DNA of 64,000 nt from Tenericutes bacterium ADurb.Bin087. Lineage in GTDB: Bacteria; Bacillota_I; Bacilli_A; RFN20; CAG-826. The notes below the pieces were generated by a model that saw only the letters and a list, made by a program, of their open reading frames with translations, was not told the origin of the DNA and did not search any database. The stretch lies in the NCBI GenBank assembly GCA_002070905.1, contig MWEF01000006.1:1821-65820 (forward strand), given 5' to 3'. A program made the translations under genes and the position numbers. Below are positions 28,146-37,213 of this stretch, in pieces (position 1 is the stretch's first letter; the number at the start of each line of letters is the position of its first letter).

Positions 28146-29807
28146 TTATGCTTTTATAAACTGATCAACACCAGTCGGGTTAACAATGGAAAATCCAATA
28201 TTATTTAAGTGGTCAGATACCCGTTCTAAATCGCCTAAAAACGTTGAATAAAATGGCGATAATTCAAAAACACAGCTTTTATTTTTAATGCGGTCATAGT
28301 GATTATTAAAGAATAGTGTTTTATAAGCATCCGCTTTTTCTTCTAATTCATGCAATGTTTTTAATAATTTAGCGTCACGTGTTTCAAAAATGGTACGTGT
28401 CAATGTAAACATCTCCATAACAACTGCATTTAAACTATTAATTTCCGCTTTCGCCAGTTCCGAAAACGCTAAATCTTTGTCCGCTAGTTCACGCGCAATC
28501 ACACTAATATTAATCGCATGGTCCGCAATCCGTTCGATATCATTAACAACGTGGAAATAAGAGCCCGCCTTCCGTTCTTCACTTGGTTGCACACGACTCG
28601 ATAATTCAATTAAGAATGCCGTTATGCGCTCATTGAGATAGTCAATTTGCTCCTCAACCGCGAGTAATTTACTTTCTGCTTCAAAATCTTTAGTTAAAAT
28701 CATTTGAATACTACGTTCATAATTTTCCAGCGCTAGTGTATACATATGGAGCAATTCTTTTTCAACTTGACCAGTCGCAACATGGGGGAAAGCAAGCATT
28801 TTATTATCAATATATTTAATAACACCATCCATGGCACTGGCCGTTTCTTTTTCCTTAATAAGCTTGCTAAATAAATTAATAGCGGGTTTAAGTAATGGGA
28901 GCAATAAAGGCATAAAGACAATATTATAAATAACCGTAAAGATTGCCACCGCTAGTTCACCACTTGTCCTTGATGCAAAAGCAGTCATGACATTTGTAAT
29001 AGGGGTACGAAATAACGTCAAAATAATTACCATCACAACAGACGTTAAAGCCCGCAACGAAAAAGCAATCCACGCTGCTCTTTTACCGTTTACATGGCCA
29101 CCAATAGCGACGAGTAAAGTTGTAACAACCGTCCCTAATGTTGCGCCTAAGACGATAAATAATCCTGATGATAATTCAATCGCTCCGCTACCGACCATCG
29201 CAATCACTATCGAAGTAACAGCGCTACTACTATCCATAATCGCGGTAACGACAAGCCCCACTAAGAATAAGAGCGGACCAAAATTAATCGAACTAAAAAG
29301 CATCTTTGTAAAATTAGTAATATCAGCGTTTTTAAACGAGTCTTTCATAATGGCAAGGCCAAAAAATAATAGACCTAGTCCTGCTAAAATTTCACCGATG
29401 TTTTTGATAATTTCTTTGTTAAAAAACATCATAATGACGCCAATAACGGTAAATAGCAGGAAATAAATAGAAATACTTAAGGAGGAGAAAGACGCAATAA
29501 CACCAGTTACTGTCGTGCCAATATAAGCACCAAGCATAATACATAAACCTTGATAAATTGTCATTGCCCCAGTATTAATAAAACCAACAACCATTGCATT
29601 TGTCGCATCACTTGATTGAATGGCCGCGGTCACAACCGTCCCAATTCCCATATTTAGCACTGCCTTATCTTGCGTGCGTTTAAAGAAATCGCGAATCTTC
29701 TTGCCGATTGATTTCTTAAAGCCAGATGACATCATCCGCATCCCAATAAGTAAAATTGCCACACCAACTAACAAATAGACAGTTGCTTTAAGAAGTTCGT
29801 AGTTCAT
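28146..29807 (-). CDS. Na/Pi cotransporter family protein with C-terminal PhoU-like domains
   Basis: Repeated Na_Pi_cotrans motifs (TAAIQSSDATNAMVVGF and AIMDSSSAVTSIVIAMV). The C-terminal ~220 aa are helical and PhoU-like, with two ...ERI(A/S)DH... motifs. Confidence 0.85.
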   Translation of the reverse strand: MNYELLKATVYLLVGVAILLIGMRMMSSGFKKSIGKKIRDFFKRTQDKAVLNMGIGTVVTAAIQSSDATNAMVVGFINTGAMTIYQGLCIMLGAYIGTTVTGVIASFSSLSISIYFLLFTVIGVIMMFFNKEIIKNIGEILAGLGLLFFGLAIMKDSFKNADITNFTKMLFSSINFGPLLFLVGLVVTAIMDSSSAVTSIVIAMVGSGAIELSSGLFIVLGATLGTVVTTLLVAIGGHVNGKRAAWIAFSLRALTSVVMVIILTLFRTPITNVMTAFASRTSGELAVAIFTVIYNIVFMPLLLPLLKPAINLFSKLIKEKETASAMDGVIKYIDNKMLAFPHVATGQVEKELLHMYTLALENYERSIQMILTKDFEAESKLLAVEEQIDYLNERITAFLIELSSRVQPSEERKAGSYFHVVNDIERIADHAINISVIARELADKDLAFSELAKAEINSLNAVVMEMFTLTRTIFETRDAKLLKTLHELEEKADAYKTLFFNNHYDRIKNKSCVFELSPFYSTFLGDLERVSDHLNNIGFSIVNPTGVDQFIKA

Positions 29808-29872
29808 AATAATTTCCTTCCATAGAAATTATTAAATAAACACGATAATATGTAAAGTAATATTAAGATTTA

Positions 29873-30877
29873 TTACTTCACTTTGTTATTAAATTGCTCG
29901 TCGAGATAATTATTGAGTAAATACATTTTATAGTCATCAATGGAAAAGACTTTATCAGAAGCGGGGTCGCCATATAACTTTACTAATTCACTAACTTTCA
30001 CGTTGCGCGCAAACTTTAAAGCGGGGACATCAAGCGCGACAATCTTGCGCACAAGATCACTAATTTCATCATCAATAATATTACCAATTGCCCACGCAGG
30101 ACTTGGATTAGTGAAATTAAAGTACACATTTAAGTCACTCGTAATATAAATAACAATCGTGTCCTTATTTTTGGGGACGAAATAAGAATCATCATCTTTT
30201 AAAAGCGCATAACATTCTGCTTCGGAAAGAATGTTGTCATAATTTAAATAATGAGGTTTTACTTTGTCAGGAATATTAGACTTATTAATCCGAATATCAT
30301 AGAGTTTACGATTATTACCATCACAACTTCCTTCATGGACAAATATATCCGTAACATTATGCGTCGCGGCAACATCTAATAAGCGTGAAACGTCATCCTT
30401 ATTTTCTTCATTGATAAAGATTTGCCACCGCGCTTCAATATCGTTAGCCTTTAAGATTTTAGTGGCGGCGATTAATTCTTCATATGCCCCTTTCCGTCCC
30501 ACATATTTATCAGTCATCGCTTGTAAACCAAAAAAAGTTAGTTGCACTTTTTTTGTGCCGATCATTTTAAGCCATTCAGCGTATTCTTTATCTCGGACGA
30601 TCGTATAATAACTTGCAAGTTCAAAGCGTTGTGGTTTAATGGTCGAAAGTTTATTATCTTTGAGCCATCTTGCCTTATAGTCTGCGGTGAAATCAGGTTC
30701 GCGTAACCAACTATAAAATGTAATGTTTGCAAAGAATGGTTTAAAAAGTTTTACGATCTTTGTCGCGGTTTTATCATTAACAATCAGATTAGGTAAATCA
30801 CCTAACCAGCAATGCTTACAGCGATTAGGACACCCATTCATATCGACACAAATCGCTAGTGTGCGTTCAAATTTCAT
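29873..30877 (-). CDS. radical SAM domain protein, unknown function
   Basis: CxxxCxxC cluster motif at the N-terminus (GCPNRCKHCW). 334 aa and soluble. Confidence 0.65.
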   Translation of the reverse strand: MKFERTLAICVDMNGCPNRCKHCWLGDLPNLIVNDKTATKIVKLFKPFFANITFYSWLREPDFTADYKARWLKDNKLSTIKPQRFELASYYTIVRDKEYAEWLKMIGTKKVQLTFFGLQAMTDKYVGRKGAYEELIAATKILKANDIEARWQIFINEENKDDVSRLLDVAATHNVTDIFVHEGSCDGNNRKLYDIRINKSNIPDKVKPHYLNYDNILSEAECYALLKDDDSYFVPKNKDTIVIYITSDLNVYFNFTNPSPAWAIGNIIDDEISDLVRKIVALDVPALKFARNVKVSELVKLYGDPASDKVFSIDDYKMYLLNNYLDEQFNNKVK

Positions 30878-31313
30878 ATTTATATTATACTATTTTATGT
30901 CCTGAACCCAATAATACCTTACTTATTTACCTAATAATCTTGTCGTTTAGCAAATAATAAGACGATAAAATTTCAATTATCTTCCTGAATCAATATAAAA
31001 GTAGTTAGTTTTCAACTTTATACAAATTAAACCCTTACGCATGATAGTAATAAGGTGAAAATCAATAAACGAAGCACAATTGCCATACAAATTTTTATAT
31101 TTTATTTCCAAAACAAATCATGTTATAACATGTAAAATAATTAAGCAATCGTAAATAAGTTATATTTTTATAATTTTACTTGCCAATATTCAATCTGTTT
31201 AATTTGATATGCTACTCATCGTATATTCATAAGCTTAACAAAGACTAATCTTTTTTGTAATTAATATAATGGATGTTTAACAAATAATGCAGACAGAATA
31301 TTGTGCTAATTTT

Positions 31314-31350
31314 ATAATAAAAACAGTACTGATAGTGAATCAATACTGTT
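31314..31350 (-). terminator. intrinsic terminator after tRNA-fMet
   Basis: AACAGTA ... TACTGTT hairpin (15-nt loop), followed on the minus strand by TTTTTATTAT. Confidence 0.5.
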
Positions 31351-31359
31351 TGATATGCT

Positions 31360-31434
31360 TGGTTGCGGAGGGAGGATTTGAACCTCCGACCTCCGGATTA
31401 TGGGCCCGACGAGCTACCGCTGCTCTACTCCGCG
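31360..31434 (-). tRNA. initiator tRNA-fMet (anticodon CAU)
   Basis: The reverse complement reads CGCGGAGTAGAGCAGCGGTAGCTCGTCGGGCCCATAATCCGGAGGTCGGAGGTTCAAATCCTCCCTCCGCAACCA. It has the C1xA72 mismatch and the GGG run in the anticodon stem typical of bacterial initiators. Confidence 0.85.
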
Positions 31435-31490
31435 ATGTATTAGTATTATAACATGATTTATTATTTATGCAAATTAATTGACTAATATAA

Positions 31491-31516
31491 CAAAAAAGCC
31501 AAATTAATGGCTTTCT
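31491..31516 (-). terminator. possible weak terminator after the deaminase gene
   Basis: On the minus strand, AAAGCC-attaattt-GGCTTT hairpin followed by TTTG. Confidence 0.4.
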
Positions 31517-31543
31517 ATGTGATTATAAATATAAAATCAGTGT

Positions 31544-32815
31544 TTATCTTTTCAAGCGTTCCGTAATTTCTTGGGCTTTACGATATATTTCGCTGATTGG
31601 TTCATCAAGATGAAATTCACCATCTTCATATAAAATCTTTCCATCAATCATCGTTAAAAGCACATTAACTTTACTACCAGCATAAACAATATTTTTTTCA
31701 ATGTTATTTACTGGTTGCATATTCGGTTGCTGCATATCTAACATAATTAAATCCGCAAGACTACCGACACTTAAATATTTTGCCTCATTAAGTCCCATTG
31801 CTTCTGCGCCATTAACGGTCGCCATTTTAAGCACGTCATAAGCATCCACAACCGCCGCGTCTTGTTCGCGGAGCTTTGCTAAGCCCGTCACAAGCCACAT
31901 TTCACGGAAGAAATCAAGGGCATTATTACTTGCTGGCCCATCAGTGCCAATCGCGACATTTATGCCTTCTTTAAGGAACTGATTAATGGGGGCGATTCCA
32001 CTTGCAAGCTTTGTATTTGAACTTGGGTTAGTAACAATATGTAAACCATGTTTTTTATATACAGCAAAATCTTCATCAGTAAAATGGACACCGTGGAAAC
32101 CACCACCCCCATACTTATATAATCCTAATTTATCAAAGTACACTGCCGGCGTCACACCGTGGCGCTTAATACATTCTTGGACTTCGTTTTCCGTTTCACT
32201 AATGTGACTCCAAATTGGGACCTTTAGCTCGTGAGCGGCTTTCGCTAATTCTTTTAATATTTCGGGTGTGCTTGTATATTCAGCGTGGAACCCAAGGTGA
32301 TAATTAACAAGCGGATGCATTTTATTAATCGTGTGGAACGCAGCTTTCATTTCACAGACGCTTTCTTTATATTTTGTCACTGTCCCAACAAGCGCTGCTC
32401 TAAAGCCAACGTCAATTGCGGCTTGGGCGGTTTCTAGCGGTGAATAATACATATCAAAGCACGCTGTTACCCCACTTGTTAAATATTCGGCAAATGCCAC
32501 CTTACTTAACACATATTGATCACCAGGTTGCAGCTTATCTTCAAGTGGGAACACGGCCTTGTGTAACCACTCATAAAGCGGTAAGTCATCAGCGTAACTC
32601 CGTAAGAAGGTCATTGGTGAATGCGTATGCGCATTTTTAAAGCCAGGCATGAGCAAATTACCTTCAGCGTTAATAATGCGGTCAAATGGTTCATTAAATT
32701 CGTCAGCGGGGCCAACATAGGTAAGGCGATTACCTTCAACATGTACTTCGCCATAAAATAACGGGCGTTCTTCTTCCATCGTCAGAATCAGCGCATTAAT
32801 AAAACGTATTTTCAT
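31544..32815 (-). CDS. mtaD: amidohydrolase, MtaD/chlorohydrolase family (probable 5-methylthioadenosine/S-adenosylhomocysteine deaminase)
   Basis: LLMPGFKNAHTHSPMTFLRSYADDLPLYEWL metal-binding HxH motif. 423 aa, with later HISE and GTDG motifs. Confidence 0.7.
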   Translation of the reverse strand: MKIRFINALILTMEEERPLFYGEVHVEGNRLTYVGPADEFNEPFDRIINAEGNLLMPGFKNAHTHSPMTFLRSYADDLPLYEWLHKAVFPLEDKLQPGDQYVLSKVAFAEYLTSGVTACFDMYYSPLETAQAAIDVGFRAALVGTVTKYKESVCEMKAAFHTINKMHPLVNYHLGFHAEYTSTPEILKELAKAAHELKVPIWSHISETENEVQECIKRHGVTPAVYFDKLGLYKYGGGGFHGVHFTDEDFAVYKKHGLHIVTNPSSNTKLASGIAPINQFLKEGINVAIGTDGPASNNALDFFREMWLVTGLAKLREQDAAVVDAYDVLKMATVNGAEAMGLNEAKYLSVGSLADLIMLDMQQPNMQPVNNIEKNIVYAGSKVNVLLTMIDGKILYEDGEFHLDEPISEIYRKAQEITERLKR

Positions 32816-32868
32816 AATGTTTTCCTCATTTATTAGATACTTAATTTTAACATGTTTTTATTATTAAT

Positions 32869-32898
32869 AAAAAACATGGGATTTGCCCATGTCTTTTT
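32869..32898. terminator. bidirectional intrinsic terminator
   Basis: AAAAACATGGG-atttg-CCCATGTCTTTTT. It terminates the small zinc-ribbon ORF on the minus strand. Confidence 0.7.
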
Positions 32899-32915
32899 AG
32901 TCGTTTATTTAAGAT

Positions 32916-33038
32916 TTATTCTTCTTCGTAAGGAACGATGTTTTCTGATGTTGCTCCACAATATTCACAATAATCAGGGTTATCAATAATCATCCCGCAT
33001 AATAAACACAAATATTTCTTCTCCGATGCTAATACCAT
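32916..33038 (-). CDS. 40-aa zinc-ribbon / rubredoxin-like mini-protein (below the ORF-track cutoff)
   Basis: Translation is MVLASEKKYLCLLCGMIIDNPDYCEYCGATSENIVPYEEE, with two CxxC pairs. It has an SD (GGAAGGAAAAGGA) about 8 nt upstream, its own promoter and its own terminator. Confidence 0.55.
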   Translation of the reverse strand: MVLASEKKYLCLLCGMIIDNPDYCEYCGATSENIVPYEEE

Positions 33039-33064
33039 ATTTATATCCTTTTCCTTCCTTCTAC

Positions 33065-33093
33065 ATTATACCTAATAATTCGAGCAAGTAAAC
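33065..33093 (-). promoter_or_regulatory. sigma-A type promoter for the mini-ORF
   Basis: On the minus strand, TTTACT, 17-nt spacer, TATAAT (plus-strand AGTAAA 33088-33093 and ATTATA 33065-33070). Confidence 0.45.
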
Positions 33094-33183
33094 AAATTGA
33101 TGCTTATTAATTGATAAACTCGCCTTATTTATAAAGACAACTTAATTTATAATTTTATGACACATCTTTAAATTATTGTGCAT

Positions 33184-33387
33184 TTATAAGCGCATTGCGC
33201 GATAGCCCGCACGACTAATTGCACTTATTACTTTATCATCATCAACCATTTTGCTAAAAAAGACGATAACAGTGCTTTGTTCAAAGTTTATTTCATAACT
33301 TATATCATCAATGCGAAATAAAGCACGTTCAATGCGTCGCACCGCTCTTTCATTTTTCATGCCTTCAACAATATATGTGCGTGTCAT
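33184..33387 (-). CDS. HMA (CopZ-like ferredoxin-fold) domain protein lacking the metal-binding cysteines
   Basis: The 67-aa protein aligns with CopZ: YIVEGMKNERAVRRIERAL versus the consensus VEGMxCxxCvxxIEkAL. Both Cys positions are replaced (N and A). It starts 2 nt after the stop of the ABC gene. Confidence 0.6.
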   Translation of the reverse strand: MTRTYIVEGMKNERAVRRIERALFRIDDISYEINFEQSTVIVFFSKMVDDDKVISAISRAGYRAMRL

Positions 33388-33389
33388 AA

Positions 33390-35228
33390 CTATTTAATTT
33401 CGCGATATTTTTCTTCGCGGCGTTCAGCAATAAATTGATTGCGATATAATTCAAAATAATGACCACGGTTATTAAGTAACTCCGCATGTGTTCCTTGTTC
33501 AATAATCTTACCGTTTTGTAACACTACAATCAAATCACTATTGACAATTGTACTTAAACGGTGCGCCACAACAAAACTAGTGCGCCCTTTTAAAAGTTCA
33601 TCCGTCGCTTTTTGAATCTTTGCTTCCGCTTCACTATCGATAGAACTAGTCGCTTCGTCTAAAATTAAAATGCGCGGATCAGCAATAATAGCGCGGGCAA
33701 AAGAGATGAGTTGCTTTTGGCCCACTGATAACAGATTACCCGCTTCCCCAACATGCGTGTCGTACCCTTTTTCTAGTGTACTCACAAATTCGTCAAGCCC
33801 AACGGCTTTACTAGCGGCCATTACTTCTTCATCACTAGCGTCAAGTTTCCCGTAACGAATATTTTCTTTAATCGATGTGGAGAAAAGTTCCGGCATTTGT
33901 AAAACATAACCTAAACGACTATGAAGCCATGATAAACTTCGTTTACGATAATCAACACCATCAATTAATATTTCCCCAGCGCGTGGTTCGTAGAATCTCG
34001 CAAAGAGATTCACAATCGTTGTTTTCCCGCTGCCAGTGTGCCCAACAAGCGCGATTGTTTGTCCAGCTTTAACTTTTAAATTAAATTTATCGAGAATAAT
34101 TTCTCTCGGATTGTAATAGAATGTCACATCTTTAAATTCAACATCCCCTTTAATTGCTTCCCAATTTTCTTTTTTCTTGTCAAATAAATCACCATAAACA
34201 TCTTTAACTGCTTGTGTATCATCAATCGCTGGTTTTTCATTTACTAATTGTAAGACACGTTCGGCACTCGCTTGGGCAACTTGCAGTTCATTAATAAAAT
34301 TCGTTAAGTTTAAAATTGGTTCGAATGTATTCATCGCTGCACGAATAAACATAAAGAGGATTGGCATTGTCACTAATCCTTGCAACGCAAAATAACCACC
34401 CAGCGCCATCACAAACGCCACAATCGTGTAACTACCCGCTAAAAGGAAACTAGAGAAAATCGCCCCATAAAGAACAGCTTGCAGTGTCACTTTTTTCATG
34501 ACGCGTGCTTCTTTTGCAAATTCGACACTTAATTCTTCTTCAATTGCTAAACTCTTTGTTGTTTTAGCGCCAAGGAATGATTCATTAAATAATCCTGTTA
34601 ATTGACTATTATGAAAGCGCGATTTGCGATTTAAAATTAGGACTTTCTTCCGGAAAATAATCGCGATAAAGAGCAATATTGGTAAGAATGACACAAACAC
34701 TAATGCGAGTCGCCATTCACTAATAAATAAGACGACAATAGTGAAAATCATAAAGAATCCTGACCATGTTAGATCTAAAATACCCCATGACACAATGCGC
34801 GCTAAACGGTTCGTATCACTTGTCATGCGCGCCATAATCCAGCCCTGTTTTGTCGTGTCATAGAAACTAAATGGTAATTTTTGTAAATTTTTAAATGACT
34901 CTTTGCGTAATGTATATCTGACTTTCGTTTCAAGTTTTGAACCAAAGTAAATAAAACCAAACACACTAACGGCGAAGACAATAATTTGGACTAAACTTAA
35001 TACAATAAATGGCACTAACGCACTTTCGTTATATGTTTCAATGAGATTGCTAATCGCATAAGCATTAAGCGGGATCGTCAGCGATTCAGCTAAAGACATA
35101 AACACGGCAAAAATTAAGAGTAACACTAATTCTTTTTTACTCCGTAAAATAATCTTTAATATTTGTTTCCAAACACTAAAAGTTACTTTCTTAACCGCTT
35201 CTTCTTCCCTAAACACATCACTACTCAT
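33390..35228 (-). CDS. ABC exporter half-transporter (TMD-NBD), canonical ATPase site
   Basis: Walker A GHTGSGKTT, signature LSVGQKQ, Walker B ILILDEATSSID, H-loop VVAHRLST. Confidence 0.9.
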   Translation of the reverse strand: MSSDVFREEEAVKKVTFSVWKQILKIILRSKKELVLLLIFAVFMSLAESLTIPLNAYAISNLIETYNESALVPFIVLSLVQIIVFAVSVFGFIYFGSKLETKVRYTLRKESFKNLQKLPFSFYDTTKQGWIMARMTSDTNRLARIVSWGILDLTWSGFFMIFTIVVLFISEWRLALVFVSFLPILLFIAIIFRKKVLILNRKSRFHNSQLTGLFNESFLGAKTTKSLAIEEELSVEFAKEARVMKKVTLQAVLYGAIFSSFLLAGSYTIVAFVMALGGYFALQGLVTMPILFMFIRAAMNTFEPILNLTNFINELQVAQASAERVLQLVNEKPAIDDTQAVKDVYGDLFDKKKENWEAIKGDVEFKDVTFYYNPREIILDKFNLKVKAGQTIALVGHTGSGKTTIVNLFARFYEPRAGEILIDGVDYRKRSLSWLHSRLGYVLQMPELFSTSIKENIRYGKLDASDEEVMAASKAVGLDEFVSTLEKGYDTHVGEAGNLLSVGQKQLISFARAIIADPRILILDEATSSIDSEAEAKIQKATDELLKGRTSFVVAHRLSTIVNSDLIVVLQNGKIIEQGTHAELLNNRGHYFELYRNQFIAERREEKYREIK

Positions 35229-35231
35229 TGT

Positions 35232-37058
35232 TTAAACACACTCCTTAGCAACAAGTTCCAAGAACTCGGTTTCTAAATCACCTTGAATATCCCACAACAC
35301 TTGATATAAACCACCAGCTTTTGCCAGGGTATCATGGGTGCCAATATCTTCAACCGTCTTATTATTAAGCACGATAATTTGATCAGCTTCTTTAGCGGTT
35401 GTTATGCGGTGCGTGATAATAAGCGTTGTCGCAGTCGTTTCTTTTTGTTTTAAAGCCTGCCGAATTAGTGTATCAGTCCGGCTATCAACCGCACTTAAAG
35501 CATCGTCAAATATTAAAATCGGTTTTTCACTAATTAATACACGAGCGATGGCTACCCGTTGTTTTTGGCCGCCAGAAAGCGTTGTGCCGCGTTCGCCAAC
35601 CATCGTATCATAGCCTTTTTCAAAGTCACGAATATCGTGAGCAATAGTAGCGATTTCACTGGCGTTAATAATCTTTTCCATTGGTGCTTTCCGCGCTGTA
35701 ATATTAATATTATCGCGAATCGTCCGCGAATAAAGGAACGGATTTTGTAATACCGTCCCCATGCTCTTCCGTAAATGATGTTTTTCAATATCACGTAGTT
35801 CAATGCCATCAATTAAAATCAAACCTTCATATTCATACATGCGCATTAATAAATTAATAATTGTTGTTTTGCCGCTCCCTGTCCTTCCGACAATCGCGAC
35901 TGTTTGACCATTTTCAATCGTGAAGTTTAAATTTTCTAATGTATAACTAGTGTCCCCCGGAAACTTAAAGGAAACATTTTTAAATTCAATTTTTCCTGCT
36001 ATCTCAGGTAATAATTCGCCATTGGTGACAAATTCACTCTGCTCATCTAAGATCGTCGTAATACGCTTATAGGCAACATTAGCGTGCGAAACATCATTAA
36101 TTAATCGTCCTAACCCACGAATTGGCCATATTAAGAGCCCCACAAGCATTAAAGCCGCCGCGGCATTACCCGCATCCATATGGCCATTTTTAGCCAGAAA
36201 CACACTAATTAAAGTAATGACAAAATATTGACTAAGCGCAAAGAAATCCATGGCTGACCAATACATGCCGACAATTTTATTCGTTTTAATTACGGCGTTT
36301 TTATGTGCTTTATTTTTAACTTCTAACTTTTCGGTTTCATATTTTTCATTGGCAAAAGCTTTCACGACTTTAGCGTTATGGACATTTTCCTGAATGACAG
36401 TTAAGATTGCCGCTTCTTTTTCTTCAATATCGTTATATCGTTTCCAAATGTTTTTAAAATAAATATACGAAGAAATAGCGTAAAGTGGAATAACGGAAAG
36501 GGAGATATACATTAAAAGCGGACTTAAATAATACATTTGATAGGCTCCGCTAAGCACAGTAAAGACTAAACCAACTGCATCCATCATCCGCATTACCACA
36601 AAGTTTGTCGTCACTTCAACGTCACTTGTCACGCGTTGAATTAAATCACCCGTATCACTATTGTTGTGGTAGTGGTAGCTAAGTGATTGGACATGATCAA
36701 AAAGTTTAACACGCAGTTTTAAGGCAATGCTTTCTTGAACTTGGCCTTTAAGTCTTTGTTCAACAACCATTAAACTAAAACGGAATAATTGATAGGTAAG
36801 TAGCGTCAGTGCAACATAGAGTGAAACCTCGAAAACATTTTGACCTTTTTCAAAGATTTCAATGACAAAAAGCGGTAAGTTAACACCAGTAACGACTCCA
36901 TTATTTTGTAAATATTTTAAGATATATTGGGTAAAAAGCGGGACAAAAGAATAAGAAATACGATGAAAAATGACTAACAGCAAAACGAAAAACATGCCCC
37001 AAAAGTGTCCTTTTAGCAAATGTAAGATGGAGTGTTTCTTTTGTTTTTTTGGTTTCAT
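35232..37058 (-). CDS. ABC exporter half-transporter (TMD-NBD), degenerate catalytic base
   Basis: Walker A GRTGSGKTT, signature LSGGQKQ, Walker B ILIFDDALSAVD (Asp in place of the catalytic Glu). Confidence 0.9.
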   Translation of the reverse strand: MKPKKQKKHSILHLLKGHFWGMFFVLLLVIFHRISYSFVPLFTQYILKYLQNNGVVTGVNLPLFVIEIFEKGQNVFEVSLYVALTLLTYQLFRFSLMVVEQRLKGQVQESIALKLRVKLFDHVQSLSYHYHNNSDTGDLIQRVTSDVEVTTNFVVMRMMDAVGLVFTVLSGAYQMYYLSPLLMYISLSVIPLYAISSYIYFKNIWKRYNDIEEKEAAILTVIQENVHNAKVVKAFANEKYETEKLEVKNKAHKNAVIKTNKIVGMYWSAMDFFALSQYFVITLISVFLAKNGHMDAGNAAAALMLVGLLIWPIRGLGRLINDVSHANVAYKRITTILDEQSEFVTNGELLPEIAGKIEFKNVSFKFPGDTSYTLENLNFTIENGQTVAIVGRTGSGKTTIINLLMRMYEYEGLILIDGIELRDIEKHHLRKSMGTVLQNPFLYSRTIRDNINITARKAPMEKIINASEIATIAHDIRDFEKGYDTMVGERGTTLSGGQKQRVAIARVLISEKPILIFDDALSAVDSRTDTLIRQALKQKETTATTLIITHRITTAKEADQIIVLNNKTVEDIGTHDTLAKAGGLYQVLWDIQGDLETEFLELVAKECV

Positions 37059-37141
37059 ATCTTCCTGTCTTTTAATAGTCTACTATTAAAGTATTCTACG
37101 CTATTATACATTAAATGTCTTGCAATTTAATATTGATAAAA

Positions 37142-37183
37142 CAAAAAAAGGTACATATTTACACACTTTAAGTAAATTGTACC
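37142..37183 (-). terminator. intrinsic terminator between the two ABC pairs
   Basis: On the minus strand, GGTACAATTTAC ... GTAAATATGTACC long stem followed by TTTTTTTGTTTT. Confidence 0.7.
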
Positions 37184-37213
37184 TAGTAAAGTGCTTTCAT
37201 TGACAGAAGCAAA

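Noticed and set aside
28987-29466. 159-aa ORF antisense to the Na/Pi transporter, plus many similar 60-117-aa ORFs inside larger genes (e.g. 2348-2572, 6102-6455, 7722-8066, 8103-8384, 9515-9856, 27703-28041, 56865-57140).
   Set aside because: All lie fully within, or antisense to, longer ORFs with clear family motifs. They have no RBS and low-complexity or odd composition, which is typical of shadow ORFs in AT-rich DNA.
29873-30877. Radical SAM protein as a prokaryotic viperin or RiPP maturase.
   Set aside because: There is no adjacent nucleotide kinase, precursor peptide, SPASM Cys cluster or transporter, and the motif context (CPNRCKHCW) is not viperin-like. It is left as an orphan of unknown function.
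31190-31359. Imperfect ~20-nt direct repeat (TCAATCTGTTTAATTTGATATGCT and TCAATACTGTTTGATATGCT), with the second copy abutting the 3' end of tRNA-fMet. I considered it as att-site scars of an integrated element.
   Set aside because: Only about 130 bp lie between the copies. There is no integrase or cargo, the repeat is short and AT-rich, and it partly coincides with the tRNA terminator stem. At best it is an old scar.
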